A stretch of DNA of 61,724 bases from a bacterium (GTDB lineage Bacteria; Chloroflexota; Dormibacteria; Aeolococcales; Bog-877), in assembly GCA_021802045.1 (NCBI GenBank), contig JAKABB010000005.1:1-61724 (forward strand). The letters are read 5' to 3'. Both the position numbers and the translations under genes were made by a program. Numbering within the stretch: the stretch's first letter is position 1; each line of letters starts with the position of its first letter. Positions 40,963-53,779 of this stretch are shown here, one piece after another. The notes beneath the pieces are model-generated. The model saw only the letters and a program-made list of their open reading frames with translations, was not told where the DNA came from and did no database searches.

Positions 40963-43900
40963 ATGGACGAGGGACCGGCGTTGGCGCGCACCCTCTATCG
41001 GGGTGACCTGGAGCACGACGCCTGCGGCCTGGGCCTGGTGGTGCGCATCTCCGGGGCCGCCGACCACGCGGTGGTCCGCCAGGGCCTGCAGGTGCTGCGC
41101 CGTCTGGAGCACCGGGGGGCGTCCGGCCACGACCCCGCCACCGGCGACGGGGCCGGGATCCTGGTCCAGACGCCGGACGCCTTCCTGCGGGCCGTGGCCG
41201 GCGTCGATCTGCCCCCCCGGGGCGCCTACGCCACCGGCATCGCCTTCCTCCCGCGGGAGGCCCGGCGGATCGCGGCGGCGCGCGCGGCCGTCGAGGCCAT
41301 CGCCGCCGGTGAGGGCTGCGTCGCCCTGGGCTGGCGGGAGGTGCCGGTGCGGCCCGAGGGCGTGGGGGCGGCGGCCCTGGCCGCGGCCCCGGCCTTCCAC
41401 CAGCTCTTCCTGCACGCGCCCGGGCTGGCCGGCCTGGACCTGGAGCGCCGGGCCTTCGTGGTGCGCAAGCGGGTGGAGCGCGAGGTCGAGGGGGCCTACT
41501 TCCCCAGCCTCTCCAGCCGGACCCTGGTCTACAAGGGGATGCTCACCGCGCCCCAGCTGCAGCAGTTCTATCCCGACCTCGCCGATCCCCGCCTGACCTC
41601 GGCCCTGGCCCTGGTCCACTCGCGCTTCTCCACCAACACCTTCCCCTCCTGGCCCCTGGCCCACCCCTTCCGCCTGATCGCCCACAACGGGGAGATCAAC
41701 ACCGTGCGCGGGAACCGGGGGTGGATGCGGGCCCGCGAGGCCCTGCTCGCCAGCGACGCCCTGCCCGGGCTGGAGCGGGCCCTGCCCGTCCTCACCGCTG
41801 GGGCCTCCGACTCCGCGTCCTTCGACGAGGTGGTGGAGCTGCTGACCCTGGCGGGCCGGTCCCTGCCCCACGCGCTCTGCATGATGGTGCCCGAGGCCTG
41901 GGAGCACGACGACACCATGAGCCCGGCCCGGCGGGCCTTCTTCCAGTACCACGCCTGCCTGATGGAGCCCTGGGACGGTCCGGCGGCGATCGGCTTCACC
42001 GACGGCACCGTGGCCGGCGCCGTGGTCGATCGCAACGGCCTGCGCCCGGCCCGGTGGTGGCGCACCGATGACGGCCTGCTGGTGCTGGCCTCCGAGGTGG
42101 GGGTGCTGGACGTCGCCCCGGGGCGGGTGGTGGAGAAGGGGGCCCTCCAGCCGGGCCGGATGCTGCTGGTGGACACCGCCACCGGCCGGCTGGTGCCCGA
42201 TGAGGAGATCAAGGCCGAGCTGGCTGCGAGCGCGCCCTACCAGGCCTGGCTGGACGCCGGCCTGCTCCGCCTGGACCCGTCGGCGCCGGCCACCGAGCCA
42301 CCCGGCGACGAGAGGGCCCTGGCCCGGGACCAGGCGCTCTTCGGCTACGGCGAGGAGGAGCTGCGCCTGGTCCTGCGGCCCATGGCCGCGACCGGGGCCG
42401 AACCGGTCGGGTCGATGGGCTCCGACACCCCGCCGGCGGTGCTCTCCACCCGCCCGCGGCTGCTCTTCGACTACTTCACCCAGGGCTTCGCCCAGGTCAC
42501 CAACCCGCCCCTCGACGCCCTCTGGGAGGAGCTGGTCACCTCCGTCGCCGGGACCCTGGGGCCGGAGGGCAACCTCCTGGCCCCCGGGCCCGGGTCCTGC
42601 CGCCAGGTGGTGGTGCCCTACCCGGTCCTGACCGGACCGGAGCTGGCCCGACTCCAGGCCCTGCCCGACCACGCCGAGGGCCCCCACCTCCGGGCGGTGG
42701 TCATCGACGGTCTCTTCCCCGTGGCCCAGGGCGGCCGGGGGCTGGGCCGGGCCCTGGCCGAGGTCGGGGAGCGGGCCAGCGCGGCCATCGCCGGTGGCGC
42801 CGGCATCCTGGTGCTCTCCGACCGGCGCCACAGCGCGGAGCTGGCCCCGATCCCCTCGCTGCTGCTGACCGCGGCGGTGCATCACCACCTGGTCCAGCAG
42901 CGGACCCGCACCCGGGTCGGCCTGGTGGTGGAGGCCGGGGACGTGCGCGAGGTGCACCACCTGGCCCTGCTCCTCGGCTACGGGGCGGGGGCGGTCCATC
43001 CCTACCTGGCCCTGCAGAGCGTGGCCCGGCTGGCTGCCGATGGCGAGCTGGAGGGGGTCCCGGCGTCCCTGGCGGTGCGCAACTACGTGCAGGCGGCGGG
43101 CAAGGGCGTGCTCAAGGTGATGTCCAAGATGGGCATCTCCACCCTCGCCTCCTACACCGGGGCCCAGGTCTTCGAGGTGCTGGGGCTGGCCGACGCGGTG
43201 GTCGACGCCTACTTCTCCGACACCCCCCGCCGCCTGGGCGGGGTGGGGCTGGACGTCCTGGCCGCGGAGGTCGCGGCCCGCCACCGGACGGCGTACCCCG
43301 GTGAGCCCGCCCGGGCGCCGGTGGGGATCGGCCCGGGCTCGGGGGAGTACCAGTGGCGCCGGGACGGCGAGGTGCACCTCTTCGACCCCGAGACGGTCTT
43401 CCGCCTCCAGCACGCCACCCGCTCCCGGCGGCGCGACATCTTCCGGGCCTACACCCAGGGCATCGACCAGCCCTCCGGCGGGCTGGTCACCCTGCGCGGC
43501 CTGCTGCGGCTCCGCACCGGGGAGCGGCCGCCGGTGCCCCTGGACCAGGTCGAGCCGGCCCCGGCGATCATGCGCCGCTTCGCCACCGGGGCCATGTCCT
43601 ACGGTTCCATCTCCGCCGAGGCCCACGAGACCTTGGCCGTCGCCATGAACCGCATCGGGGCCCGGTCGAACTCCGGCGAGGGCGGCGAGGACCCCGAGCG
43701 GGACCGGGACGACGAGGGCGGTGACTCCCGGCGCAGCCGCGTCCGCCAGGTGGCCTCGGCCCGCTTCGGCGTGACCAGCGTCTACCTGGTGGGCGCCGAC
43801 GACCTCCAGATCAAGATCGCCCAGGGGGCCAAGCCGGGCGAGGGCGGGCAGCTCCCGGGGCACAAGGTCTACCCCTGGATCGCCCGCACGCGCCACTCGA

Positions 43901-45448
43901 CCCCGGGCGTCGCGCTCATCTCCCCCGCCCCCCACCACGACATCTACTCCATCGAGGACCTGGCCCAGCTGGTCCTGGACCTCAAGAGCGCCAACCCCCG
44001 GGCCCGGGTCCACGTCAAGCTGGTCTCCCAGGTGGGAGTGGGCACCGTCGCCGCCGGCGTGGCCAAGGCGAGGGCCGACGTCATCCTCATCTCCGGGGGG
44101 GACGGGGGGACCGGGGCCGCGCCGCTCACCTCGCTGAAGCACGCCGGGGCACCCTGGGAGCTGGGCCTGGCCGAGACCCAGCAGACCCTGCTGGCCAACG
44201 GGCTGCGGGACCGGGTGACGGTGCAGGTGGACGGCCAGCTGCGCACCGGGCGCGACGTGGTGGTGGCCGCCCTCCTGGGGGCCGAGGAGTACGGCTTCGC
44301 CACCGCCGCCCTGGTGGTCTCGGGCTGCGTGATGATGCGGGTCTGCCACCTCAACACCTGCCCGGTGGGGATCGCCACCCAGGACCCCGAGCTGCGCCGC
44401 CGCTTCACCGGCCGCCCGGAGTTCGTGGAGACCTTCTTCGAGTACGTGGCCGAAGAGGTGCGCGAGCACCTGGCCGCCCTGGGCCTGCGCACCCTCGACG
44501 AGGCCATCGGACGGGTGGAGCTCCTGGAGGCGGTCCCCGCCGCCGGGCACTGGAAGGCGTCGTCGCTGGACCTCTCGGCGCTCCTGGTCCGGCCGCCGCT
44601 GCCGGCGGGTGCCCCCCGGCGGCGGACCACCGGGCAGGACCACAAGCTGGCCGGGGCCTTCGACGAGCGCCTGCTGGAGGGCTGCCGGCCGGCGCTGGAG
44701 CGGGGCGACCCGGTGGAGCTCAGCCTGCCCGTCAGCAACGCCGACCGCGCCGTCGGCACCCGCCTCGGCTACGAGGTCACCCGCCGCCACGGCGGCGCCG
44801 GGCTGGCGGCGGACACCGTACGGCTCCACTGCCGCGGGTCGGCCGGCCAGAGCTTCGGGGCCTTCCTGCCACCCGGCATCACCCTGCGGCTGACGGGCGA
44901 CGCCAACGACTACGTGGGCAAGGGGCTGTCGGGGGGCCGGCTGATCCTGTGCCCGCCGCCGGAGTCGCGCTTCGCGGCCGAGGCCAACGTGATCGCCGGC
45001 AACGTGGCGCTCTACGGCGCCACCGCCGGTGAGCTGTTCGTGCGCGGCCGGGCGGGGGAGCGCTTCGCCGTGCGCAACTCGGGGGCCACCGCGGTGGTGG
45101 AGGGGGTGGGCAACCACGGCTGCGAGTACATGACCGGGGGGCGGGTGGTGGTGCTGGGCCCCACCGGGCGCAACTTCGCCGCCGGCATGTCCGGCGGCGC
45201 GGCCTTCGTCCTCGACGCCGACGGGACCTTCGGACAGCGCTGCAACCTGGGCCTGGTCGGGCTCGGGCCGCCCCCGGCCGAGGACGCGGAGTGGCTGCGG
45301 GCGCTGCTGCAGCGCCACCACCAGCTGACCGGCTCGCCGGTGGCGGCCCGCGTGCTGGCGGGCGGCCTGGAGCGGATGGTCAAGGTGATGCCCACCGAGC
45401 TGCAGCGGCTGCCGCCGGCGCCGCCGGCGCCCCTGGCGGTGGCGGCCG

Positions 45449-45456
<8 letters not shown>
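40963..45456 (+). CDS. gltB: Glutamate synthase large subunit
   Basis: [40 protein letters not shown], GxGxG repeats. Confidence 0.98.
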
Positions 45457-46882
<1,426 letters not shown>

Positions 46883-46884
46883 GC

Positions 46885-46914
46885 CGCCCGCCCGGCCCCG
46901 CGGCCGGGCGGGCG
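46885..46914. terminator. Hairpin between convergent gltD and amt
   Basis: 13-bp stem CGCCCGCCCGGCC-CCGC-GGCCGGGCGGGCG. Confidence 0.5.
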
Positions 46915-46934
46915 CGGCGGCCGGGCGGGGACCC

Positions 46935-48317
46935 TCATCCGCCCAGGGCGGGCGCGGAGTGCTTCCCGCGGCCCCCGGCCGGGGGCAGCGGTTCCGGCAC
47001 CGGGATCGGGTGGTGCAGTTCGAAGACCTCCTCGTCGAAGATCGCCCGGTCGCCCCCCTCCAGCTCGCGCTCGGACATGCGCAGGGGCACGAAGAGGGCG
47101 ATCAGCTTGAGGATGCCCCAGGTGGCCAGCCCGTCGTAGGCGGTGACCACCGCCAGGCCCAGCACCTGCACCAGGAGCTGGTGGGGGTTGCCGTACAGCA
47201 GCCCGCTGACGCTGGCCCCGGCGCTCCCGTGGGCCCCCAGGTAGACCAGCATGGCGGGGTTGGCGACGAGGCCCACCATCACCCCGCCGATCGCGCCCGC
47301 CAGGTAGTGGGTGTGGATCACGCCCAGGGTGTCGTCGGCCTTGCGGAAGGGCCAGACGCCGCTCATCCGGTTCATGGTGAACCAGGGCAGGGCGCTGCCC
47401 GCGACCCCGATCAGGATGGCCCCGAAGCCGTCGACGTACCCCGCCGCCGGGGTGATCGCCACCAGGCCGCAGATCATGCCGTTGATGGCCCCGACGATGG
47501 AGAGCTTGCGATTGAGGCCCATCTCCAGGAAGAACCAGGTGAGCATGGCCATGGCGGTGGCCAGGTTGGTGTTGAGCACGGCGGCGGCGGCATCGGCGTT
47601 GGCGAAGTAGGGGTCCCCGCCGTTGAAGCCGTTCCAGCCCAGCCAGAGGATGCCCGCGCCCATCACCGCCAGCAGCATGTTGTTGGGCTTGAAGTCGCGC
47701 TGGTCCTGGAGGGTGCGGGGCCCGACCACCAGCGCCGCCACGAAGCCGGAGATGCCGGCCGCGACGTGGATCACGTAGCCACCGCTGTAGTCGACGACCC
47801 CCAGCTGGGCCAGCCAGCCGCCGCCCCAGATGGTGAAGGCGTTGACGCTGTAGACCAGCAGCGACCAGAGGGGGACGAAGATCATCCAGGCCTTGAGGTT
47901 CATGCGCCCGAAGACCGCCCCGGCCAGGATGATCGGGGTGATGGCGGCGAAGACGAACTGGAAGTAGATGAGGGACGAGGCGGGCAGGCGGAAGGCGGGC
48001 ATCAGCCCCTTCAGGAGCGGGATGGCCGCCCGGCCCTCCTCCTGCAGGGCCCCCAGCACCGGCAGGGGTTGCCCCACCAGGTTGCCGATCCAGGGGTGGC
48101 CGAAGCCCATGCTGAACCCGGCCAGGACCCAGACCACCAGCACGGCGCCGAAGGCGTACAGGGCCATCATGGCCGAGCTCACCGCCCACTTCCGCTTGAC
48201 GACGCCCCCGTAGAGCACCGCCAGGCCCGGGATCGACATCAGGCCGACCAGGGTGGCGGCGGTCAGCTGCCAGGCGTTGTCGCCGGGACTGAGGTAGCTG
48301 GACGACGGGATGTACAT
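46935..48317 (-). CDS. amtB: Ammonium transporter
   Basis: FQFVFAAIT, DYSGGYVIH, LWLGWNGFNGG, GLVAITPAAG, DDTLGVIHTH. Confidence 0.96.
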   Translation of the reverse strand: MYIPSSSYLSPGDNAWQLTAATLVGLMSIPGLAVLYGGVVKRKWAVSSAMMALYAFGAVLVVWVLAGFSMGFGHPWIGNLVGQPLPVLGALQEEGRAAIPLLKGLMPAFRLPASSLIYFQFVFAAITPIILAGAVFGRMNLKAWMIFVPLWSLLVYSVNAFTIWGGGWLAQLGVVDYSGGYVIHVAAGISGFVAALVVGPRTLQDQRDFKPNNMLLAVMGAGILWLGWNGFNGGDPYFANADAAAAVLNTNLATAMAMLTWFFLEMGLNRKLSIVGAINGMICGLVAITPAAGYVDGFGAILIGVAGSALPWFTMNRMSGVWPFRKADDTLGVIHTHYLAGAIGGVMVGLVANPAMLVYLGAHGSAGASVSGLLYGNPHQLLVQVLGLAVVTAYDGLATWGILKLIALFVPLRMSERELEGGDRAIFDEEVFELHHPIPVPEPLPPAGGRGKHSAPALGG

Positions 48318-48729
48318 CGTGCAGGAACTCCCAAAGGCTCACGGGGCACGGGGCCCTGTCCGTGCCGGTCGCCTTCCGACTCTGGGAGCGCGGGCGCCTC
48401 AGGTCATGGTGGGGTGGGCATGAATCCCCGGCCTGGAATCTGTGTGCCCGGCCCAAGGCCTGGCCCGGGCGCAGTTCCAGGCCACGGGCGCTGCCGGCCC
48501 GCTGCGGCGACCGGCCGTAGCGTGCCCGCAGCGCTCCATGCACGCTCCTCGTTTCGGGTCACGGCCTGGGTCGAGTCCCCGCGCTGGTCGCCGGTGACGT
48601 CGCGAGCCAAACCCGTCATCGACCGTCGCGGGCCCGCCCGCCCCGCCGCCAGCGTCCAGCCCGTCACCGTCACGGCCCGGGCGGCCGACGACGGGGCGGT
48701 GGCCCGGTGGCGAGAGCGGCGGAGTCCGG

Positions 48730-48761
48730 TTCATCCGGGGTTCACCCCGCCTCTCCAGTGT
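48730..48761 (+). promoter_or_regulatory. Candidate response-regulator box before murE
   Basis: TTCAT-CCGGGG-TTCAC, 10 nt, then -10-like CAGTGT. Confidence 0.6.
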
Positions 48762-48780
48762 TGCCGGTCGGAGGTGACCG

Positions 48781-50322
48781 ATGGCGACCCCTGGACGTGT
48801 CGATCTGCTCGACCCTCAACCCTGGGACCGGCTGGCACGGTGCGTGGCCGGTCTGGGCGGGCACTGCCCCACGGCAGGCCCCCCCCTCACGGGACTGGCC
48901 TGGGACTCGCGGGCCGTCCAGCCGGGGGACCTCTTCGTGGCCGTCCGGGGGCAGGTGCATGACGGACATGACCACCTCGCGGAGGCCGTGCGGGCCGGAA
49001 GCCGTGCCCTGGTGGTCGAGCCGCCGCCGGTTCCGATGGCTCCGTGCGCGGTGGTGGCCGACAGCCGGCGCGCCCTCGGGGCCATCTCCGCGGCCCTCTT
49101 CGGTGAGCCGGGACGGCGGATGCGGTTGGTCGGGGTCACGGGGACGGATGGCAAGACGACGACCACGCACCTGACCGCGGCGGTGCTGTCGGAGCTCGGT
49201 CTCAAGACCTGCGCGCTCAGCACGGTGGCATTGCTGGGCGGGGAAGGGACCTCCCGCCGGAACCAGACCGACATGACGACACCTGAGGCTCCGGTCCTGC
49301 ACCGGTTCCTGGCCGAACAGCTGCGGCAGGGCGTCCGCGCGGGCGTCCTCGAGGTGACGTCCCACGCCCTGGTGCAGCAGCGAGTCGACCAGTGCCCGTT
49401 CGAGGTGGCCGTCGTCACCAACTTCACCCCCGAACACCTGGACTTCCACGGCTCGCTCGAGGAGTACGCGCGGGCCAAGCTCCATCTTCTCGACCTGTTG
49501 GGGGGAACGCTGGTGACGCATGCCGACGACCCCGAGCTCGACCGGTTCCGACGGGCGTGGCCGGGTCGTCACCTCGGCTTCGGCGCCAAGGCAGGCGATG
49601 TCCGCGCCGGCGGTCTGGAGGGGTCGCGGGATGGGACCAGCTTTCGTCTGGTGTTCGGAGGAGACCGGGCGCGAGTTCAGCTGCGGCTGGCCGGCGGGCA
49701 CAACGTCCTCAACGCGATGGCGGCCGCCTCCGTCGGCCTGGCCCTGGGGGGTCGCGCCAAGGAGGTGGCGGTGGGACTGGGTCGGATCCCCTGCGTGGTC
49801 GGACGGCTGCAGAGGGTCGCGCGCGGCCAGCCCTTCGAGTTCTATGTCGACTTCGCGCACACCGTCAGGGGGCTGGAAGAGGTGCTGCGCACCCTCCGCC
49901 CCTGGACGACGGGGCGGCTGGTGGTCGTCTTCGGGAGCGCGGGTGGCCGGGACGCGCTGAAGCGCCCAGGGCTGGGAGGAGCCGCCGCCCGCCTGGCGGA
50001 CCACGCCATCCTCACCACGGACGATCCCCGCCACGAGGACCCCGCTGTGATCGCCGCCGAGATCTCCGCCGGCATGGAGGCCGAGGGGTGGCGGCGCGAC
50101 GACCAATTCGAGGTGATCCTCGATCGAGCCGCCGCCGTCCGGAGCGCCATCGCCACCGCCGGTCCGGGCGACACGGTGCTGCTGGCCGGCAAGGGCGGGC
50201 AGACCACGATGTACCTCCAGGGGAGCGGCATTCCCTGGGACGACGTGGCGCTCACCGAGGCGGCGCTGGCGGCGGCCGGGTATGCGGCGCCAGCCCCGCG
50301 CGAGCTCTCGTGCCCGGCGTGA
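48781..50322 (+). CDS. murE: MurE-family UDP-MurNAc-dipeptide amino acid ligase (variant)
   Basis: VTGTDGKTTT, TTPE, EVTSHAL, EHLDFHG, VDFAHT, DDPR; GGAGGT RBS. Confidence 0.92.
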   Translation: MATPGRVDLLDPQPWDRLARCVAGLGGHCPTAGPPLTGLAWDSRAVQPGDLFVAVRGQVHDGHDHLAEAVRAGSRALVVEPPPVPMAPCAVVADSRRALGAISAALFGEPGRRMRLVGVTGTDGKTTTTHLTAAVLSELGLKTCALSTVALLGGEGTSRRNQTDMTTPEAPVLHRFLAEQLRQGVRAGVLEVTSHALVQQRVDQCPFEVAVVTNFTPEHLDFHGSLEEYARAKLHLLDLLGGTLVTHADDPELDRFRRAWPGRHLGFGAKAGDVRAGGLEGSRDGTSFRLVFGGDRARVQLRLAGGHNVLNAMAAASVGLALGGRAKEVAVGLGRIPCVVGRLQRVARGQPFEFYVDFAHTVRGLEEVLRTLRPWTTGRLVVVFGSAGGRDALKRPGLGGAAARLADHAILTTDDPRHEDPAVIAAEISAGMEAEGWRRDDQFEVILDRAAAVRSAIATAGPGDTVLLAGKGGQTTMYLQGSGIPWDDVALTEAALAAAGYAAPAPRELSCPA

Positions 50323-50402
50323 GGCCCGGACCGGCGCACGGGCTGGGCCCGCCGCCGGCGGACGCAGCGCCCCTGGCGCGATAGCGGGGCTCCGCCATTC
50401 TG

Positions 50403-52169
50403 TTGAGGCTGGTCCCTGCCCGGGCCAGGATGCCCCTGGCCCGGGCAGGGACCAGCGGGCGCCGTCTCCTGGGCTGGCTCCTGACGCCGGGGAGTCCGGA
50501 GGCGGCTGCGTGCCAGAGGTCGGGGTCGCGGAGTACCCGGCGGCGCGAGCGCATCACCGTGGTCATCGGGGCAGCCGCGCTGGCGGCGGTCGCGGTCAGA
50601 GTCGCGGCGCAGCTGCAATCCGGATTCCTGACCGGGCTGTGGCAGTACGACGACGCTGTGTACCTCGGGGCGGCGCTGCGCATCGTCCACGGCGTGCAGC
50701 CCTACCACGGGGCCTTCGTGCTCATGGGGCCGCCCGGCGCGCCCCTTCTGCTGACCCCTCTGGCCGAGCTCGCGCGAGTGGTGGGGACGCAGAGGGCGTT
50801 GGTGGTCGCGCGACTCGCCATGCCGCTGGTGGCGGGGGCAAATGTCGTGCTCCTGGGGCTGCTGCTGCGACACCGTGCGCCCCTGGTGGCGGCTGTGGCC
50901 TGTTTCGCGCTGGCGCTGTACCCCGACGGGATCCTGACCACCTTGACCGTCATGCTGGAACCCCCGCTCGAGTTCTTCTGCCTGCTGGGGGCCGTCATTC
51001 TCTTCGATGGGGACGATCTCGCGCGGTCCCGGCGGCGTGTTCTGCTCGCCGGGGTCACCTTCGGCGTGGCCGGGACGGTGAAGGCGTGGGCCATCCTCCC
51101 CGTGGTCGTGATCGTCGTGCTGTGCCTTCCCCGGCGGCGTCAGCGCCTGATCCCCTTCAGTGCCGGGGTGGCCGGGGGGTTTCTCGCGATCTGCGGACCC
51201 TTCTTGGTCGCGACCCCGGTGGCATTCATGCAGCAGGTGGTCTTCGCCCAACTCGGCCGACGTGGACCGAGCCGGGCCTCGGCCGCGGTCCGGCTGGAGT
51301 TTCTCTCCGGCCTGTGGGCGGGCCTCCGGACGGGCGCGCAGACCCCCCAGCTTCTGCTGCTGACCGGGGCCGTGTGCACGGCGACCCTCATCACCGTGGG
51401 GGCGGTCTTCGCCGCCGCCCACCGTCCAGTCGATGCGGCCCCACGAGTGGGAGATGGGCCGCCGAGAGCAGGGACGTCGCCGCTGGAGCGCTTCGCTCTG
51501 GGCGCGGCCGGGGTGGTCCTGGCGGGCCTGCTGTGGCCGCCCGAGTTCTGGTACCACTACCCCGCCTTCTTCGGGCCCTTCTTGGCGCTGGTGCTGGGTC
51601 TGACGGCGGGCCGCGCCGCAGCGGCACGGCCCTTCCCGGTCCTCGCCACCATCGCCGTGGTGCTGGCGGCCGCGGCCTATCACGCGGCGGCGATTCCTTG
51701 GTCGCTGCCGACCCTCCGCAACCCCGCCGCCCAGATCGCGGCCGTGGACGCCCTCGTTCCGGCCGGTGCCTGCGTGGTGACCAACAATCCCGAGTTCACC
51801 ATCGGGGTTGATCGCTACACCGCGAGCTCGGCCCGCTGTCCGCAGATCGTCGATCCCCTCGCCACCACGACGGTGCTCTCCGGCGACCGCTCCACCCCCA
51901 GGGGGGACGCCAGGGCGGCGAGTGCATGGCTGCGCTACTTCCACCGAGCCCAGTACCTGATGCTCTCCACCGGCAGCCACGCCCGCGTCCTGTGGAGCCC
52001 CGCGTTGACGCGCTACGTGCACCAGCATTTCGTGCTGGTCTCCAGGACCCCGTGGCTGATCCTGAAGCACGTGAGCTCAAGCCCCCTCCGTCCACCGAGT
52101 GGCGCACCCCGCCTGCCCCGAAAGGTCGCGAGCAGGGGCCGGCGTCCGGGCAGCGGCTCCGTGACCTGA
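50403..52169 (+). CDS. GT-C fold membrane glycosyltransferase (ArnT/PMT-like)
   Basis: YDDAVY after TM1, PY..F..PPG, many TM segments, extracellular C-terminal domain; start uncertain. Confidence 0.75.
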   Translation: MRLVPARARMPLARAGTSGRRLLGWLLTPGSPEAAACQRSGSRSTRRRERITVVIGAAALAAVAVRVAAQLQSGFLTGLWQYDDAVYLGAALRIVHGVQPYHGAFVLMGPPGAPLLLTPLAELARVVGTQRALVVARLAMPLVAGANVVLLGLLLRHRAPLVAAVACFALALYPDGILTTLTVMLEPPLEFFCLLGAVILFDGDDLARSRRRVLLAGVTFGVAGTVKAWAILPVVVIVVLCLPRRRQRLIPFSAGVAGGFLAICGPFLVATPVAFMQQVVFAQLGRRGPSRASAAVRLEFLSGLWAGLRTGAQTPQLLLLTGAVCTATLITVGAVFAAAHRPVDAAPRVGDGPPRAGTSPLERFALGAAGVVLAGLLWPPEFWYHYPAFFGPFLALVLGLTAGRAAAARPFPVLATIAVVLAAAAYHAAAIPWSLPTLRNPAAQIAAVDALVPAGACVVTNNPEFTIGVDRYTASSARCPQIVDPLATTTVLSGDRSTPRGDARAASAWLRYFHRAQYLMLSTGSHARVLWSPALTRYVHQHFVLVSRTPWLILKHVSSSPLRPPSGAPRLPRKVASRGRRPGSGSVT

Positions 52170-52351
52170 CGCCCCGGGCACCGCCCGAGGCGGTCGGAGA
52201 CCAGGGCCCGCGCCCGGGGGGGCGGAGGCGGCCCGCAGGAGAGGGAGGGCAGGGCCCGCCGCTGCCCCTGGGTGGCCGGCGGCTGTCTGGGACGGGAGGA
52301 CAGCATGTCAGAGGACCGTGAGAGACAGTGGGGGACGCCCACAGCACTCCG

Positions 52352-53779
52352 TCACGTGGGCGGCCAGCGGTTGGCCGCGACCGCGCTCCGTTGGGGTGCC
52401 GGCTGGCTCGGTGGAGGGCCTCCGGAGGCTGGAGAGTGAGGTGAGCACCCCTCCACGCGCTGTGCCATCGCCGCCGGGGCTCCGAGATTCCGGGCGTCGC
52501 GGCGGCGGTGCCCACCCCGTCGACTCACCGCGAACAGCACCAGGGCCAGCACCATCAGGCTGGTCAACGGCGCAGCGGTTCCGCCGCGCACCGGGATGCG
52601 CGGGAAGACCACGGGAACCAGAAGCAGTGCGCTCACGATCACCCAGGGCAGGGGCCGCCGCAACTCGACCCCATCAGGCCCCAGGGTGAGGATGAGCAGG
52701 GGAAGCAGGACCACGAGGTCGTACGGGTGGACGTAGGGGCAGACCAGCAGCCAGATCGCGAGCGGCAGGAGCAGGCCCCCTCCGGCGCGTTCGGCTCGCG
52801 CCCGGTCTGTGTCCCCCGCCCGCACGGGCTCACTCACGACGCGGACCATCGCGGCCAGTCCCGCGCCGACCAGGCCGAGAGTGGTGAGGCTGGCCGGCCC
52901 GGCACTGGGGTGCCATGAGGCGGGCAGCAGATGCACCAACCCCGGGAGCCCGACCAGTGCCAGCTGACCCTGGCCAATCCCGTGTGAGAAGTGAAGCGCC
53001 AGCTGGAGCCAGGCCCGCGTCCTCCCCGGGTCGAGGATCGACGGTCCGCCCAGCAGGACCGCCACGGCGATCGCCTGGCCGGCGAGGACGGATCGCAGCG
53101 ACCCGCGCTCCCGGACCGCGAAGATCCACAGCAGCGGCGCCAGCGGGAGGGCCACCTGGGGCTTGAGCAGGGCCGCGGCTATCGACGCCAGGCCCGCCGC
53201 GGTCCAGTGGCCACGGCCGGCGGCGACGGCGGTGGCGACCAGTAGGGCCACCACCATGGCGTCGAACTGCCCCACCTGATAGCCGAGACAGGCGGTCGTC
53301 GAGACCGAGGCCAGGATGGCGACGGGCCAGGCCCGGCGCCATCCGAGGTTCCGGGCCCAGACCCGGGCCGCTCCCAGGACCAACGACCAGCTCAGCACTT
53401 CCCACAGGACGAGGGCCGGGGTGTAGGGAAGCAGGCTCCAGGGCGTCATGATCCACCCGACCCAGGGCAGGTACGGGAAGGCGCCGAGGGTCTGGCCAGC
53501 GCCGGCTCCGATGGCCGCGACCGAGGCCCGGGCGAGGGAACGCCCCTGGTAGGGATCGAGGCCATGGCGAAGGGCCCAGCCGGCCGCGTAGAAGATGCGG
53601 AAGTCGATGCCCCGCAGCGCGTCTGGGGTCACCAGCATCGCGCCCAGGATGAGCAGGCTGACGCCGAGGCTGAGAACCGCCAGGGCCACGGCCCCGGCGG
53701 TCACGCAGAGCGCGCCACGACCGCTGGAGGTGCGGGCCGGCAACGCCTCTGCGGTGGGGGGGAGCGCCTGCTCAGCCAT
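52352..53779 (-). CDS. GT87 (DUF2029) membrane glycosyltransferase
   Basis: IDFRIFYAAG..GLDPY, FPYLP, GQFD, LLKPQ, HPYDL. Confidence 0.82.
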   Translation of the reverse strand: MAEQALPPTAEALPARTSSGRGALCVTAGAVALAVLSLGVSLLILGAMLVTPDALRGIDFRIFYAAGWALRHGLDPYQGRSLARASVAAIGAGAGQTLGAFPYLPWVGWIMTPWSLLPYTPALVLWEVLSWSLVLGAARVWARNLGWRRAWPVAILASVSTTACLGYQVGQFDAMVVALLVATAVAAGRGHWTAAGLASIAAALLKPQVALPLAPLLWIFAVRERGSLRSVLAGQAIAVAVLLGGPSILDPGRTRAWLQLALHFSHGIGQGQLALVGLPGLVHLLPASWHPSAGPASLTTLGLVGAGLAAMVRVVSEPVRAGDTDRARAERAGGGLLLPLAIWLLVCPYVHPYDLVVLLPLLILTLGPDGVELRRPLPWVIVSALLLVPVVFPRIPVRGGTAAPLTSLMVLALVLFAVSRRGGHRRRDARNLGAPAAMAQRVEGCSPHSPASGGPPPSQPAPQRSAVAANRWPPT

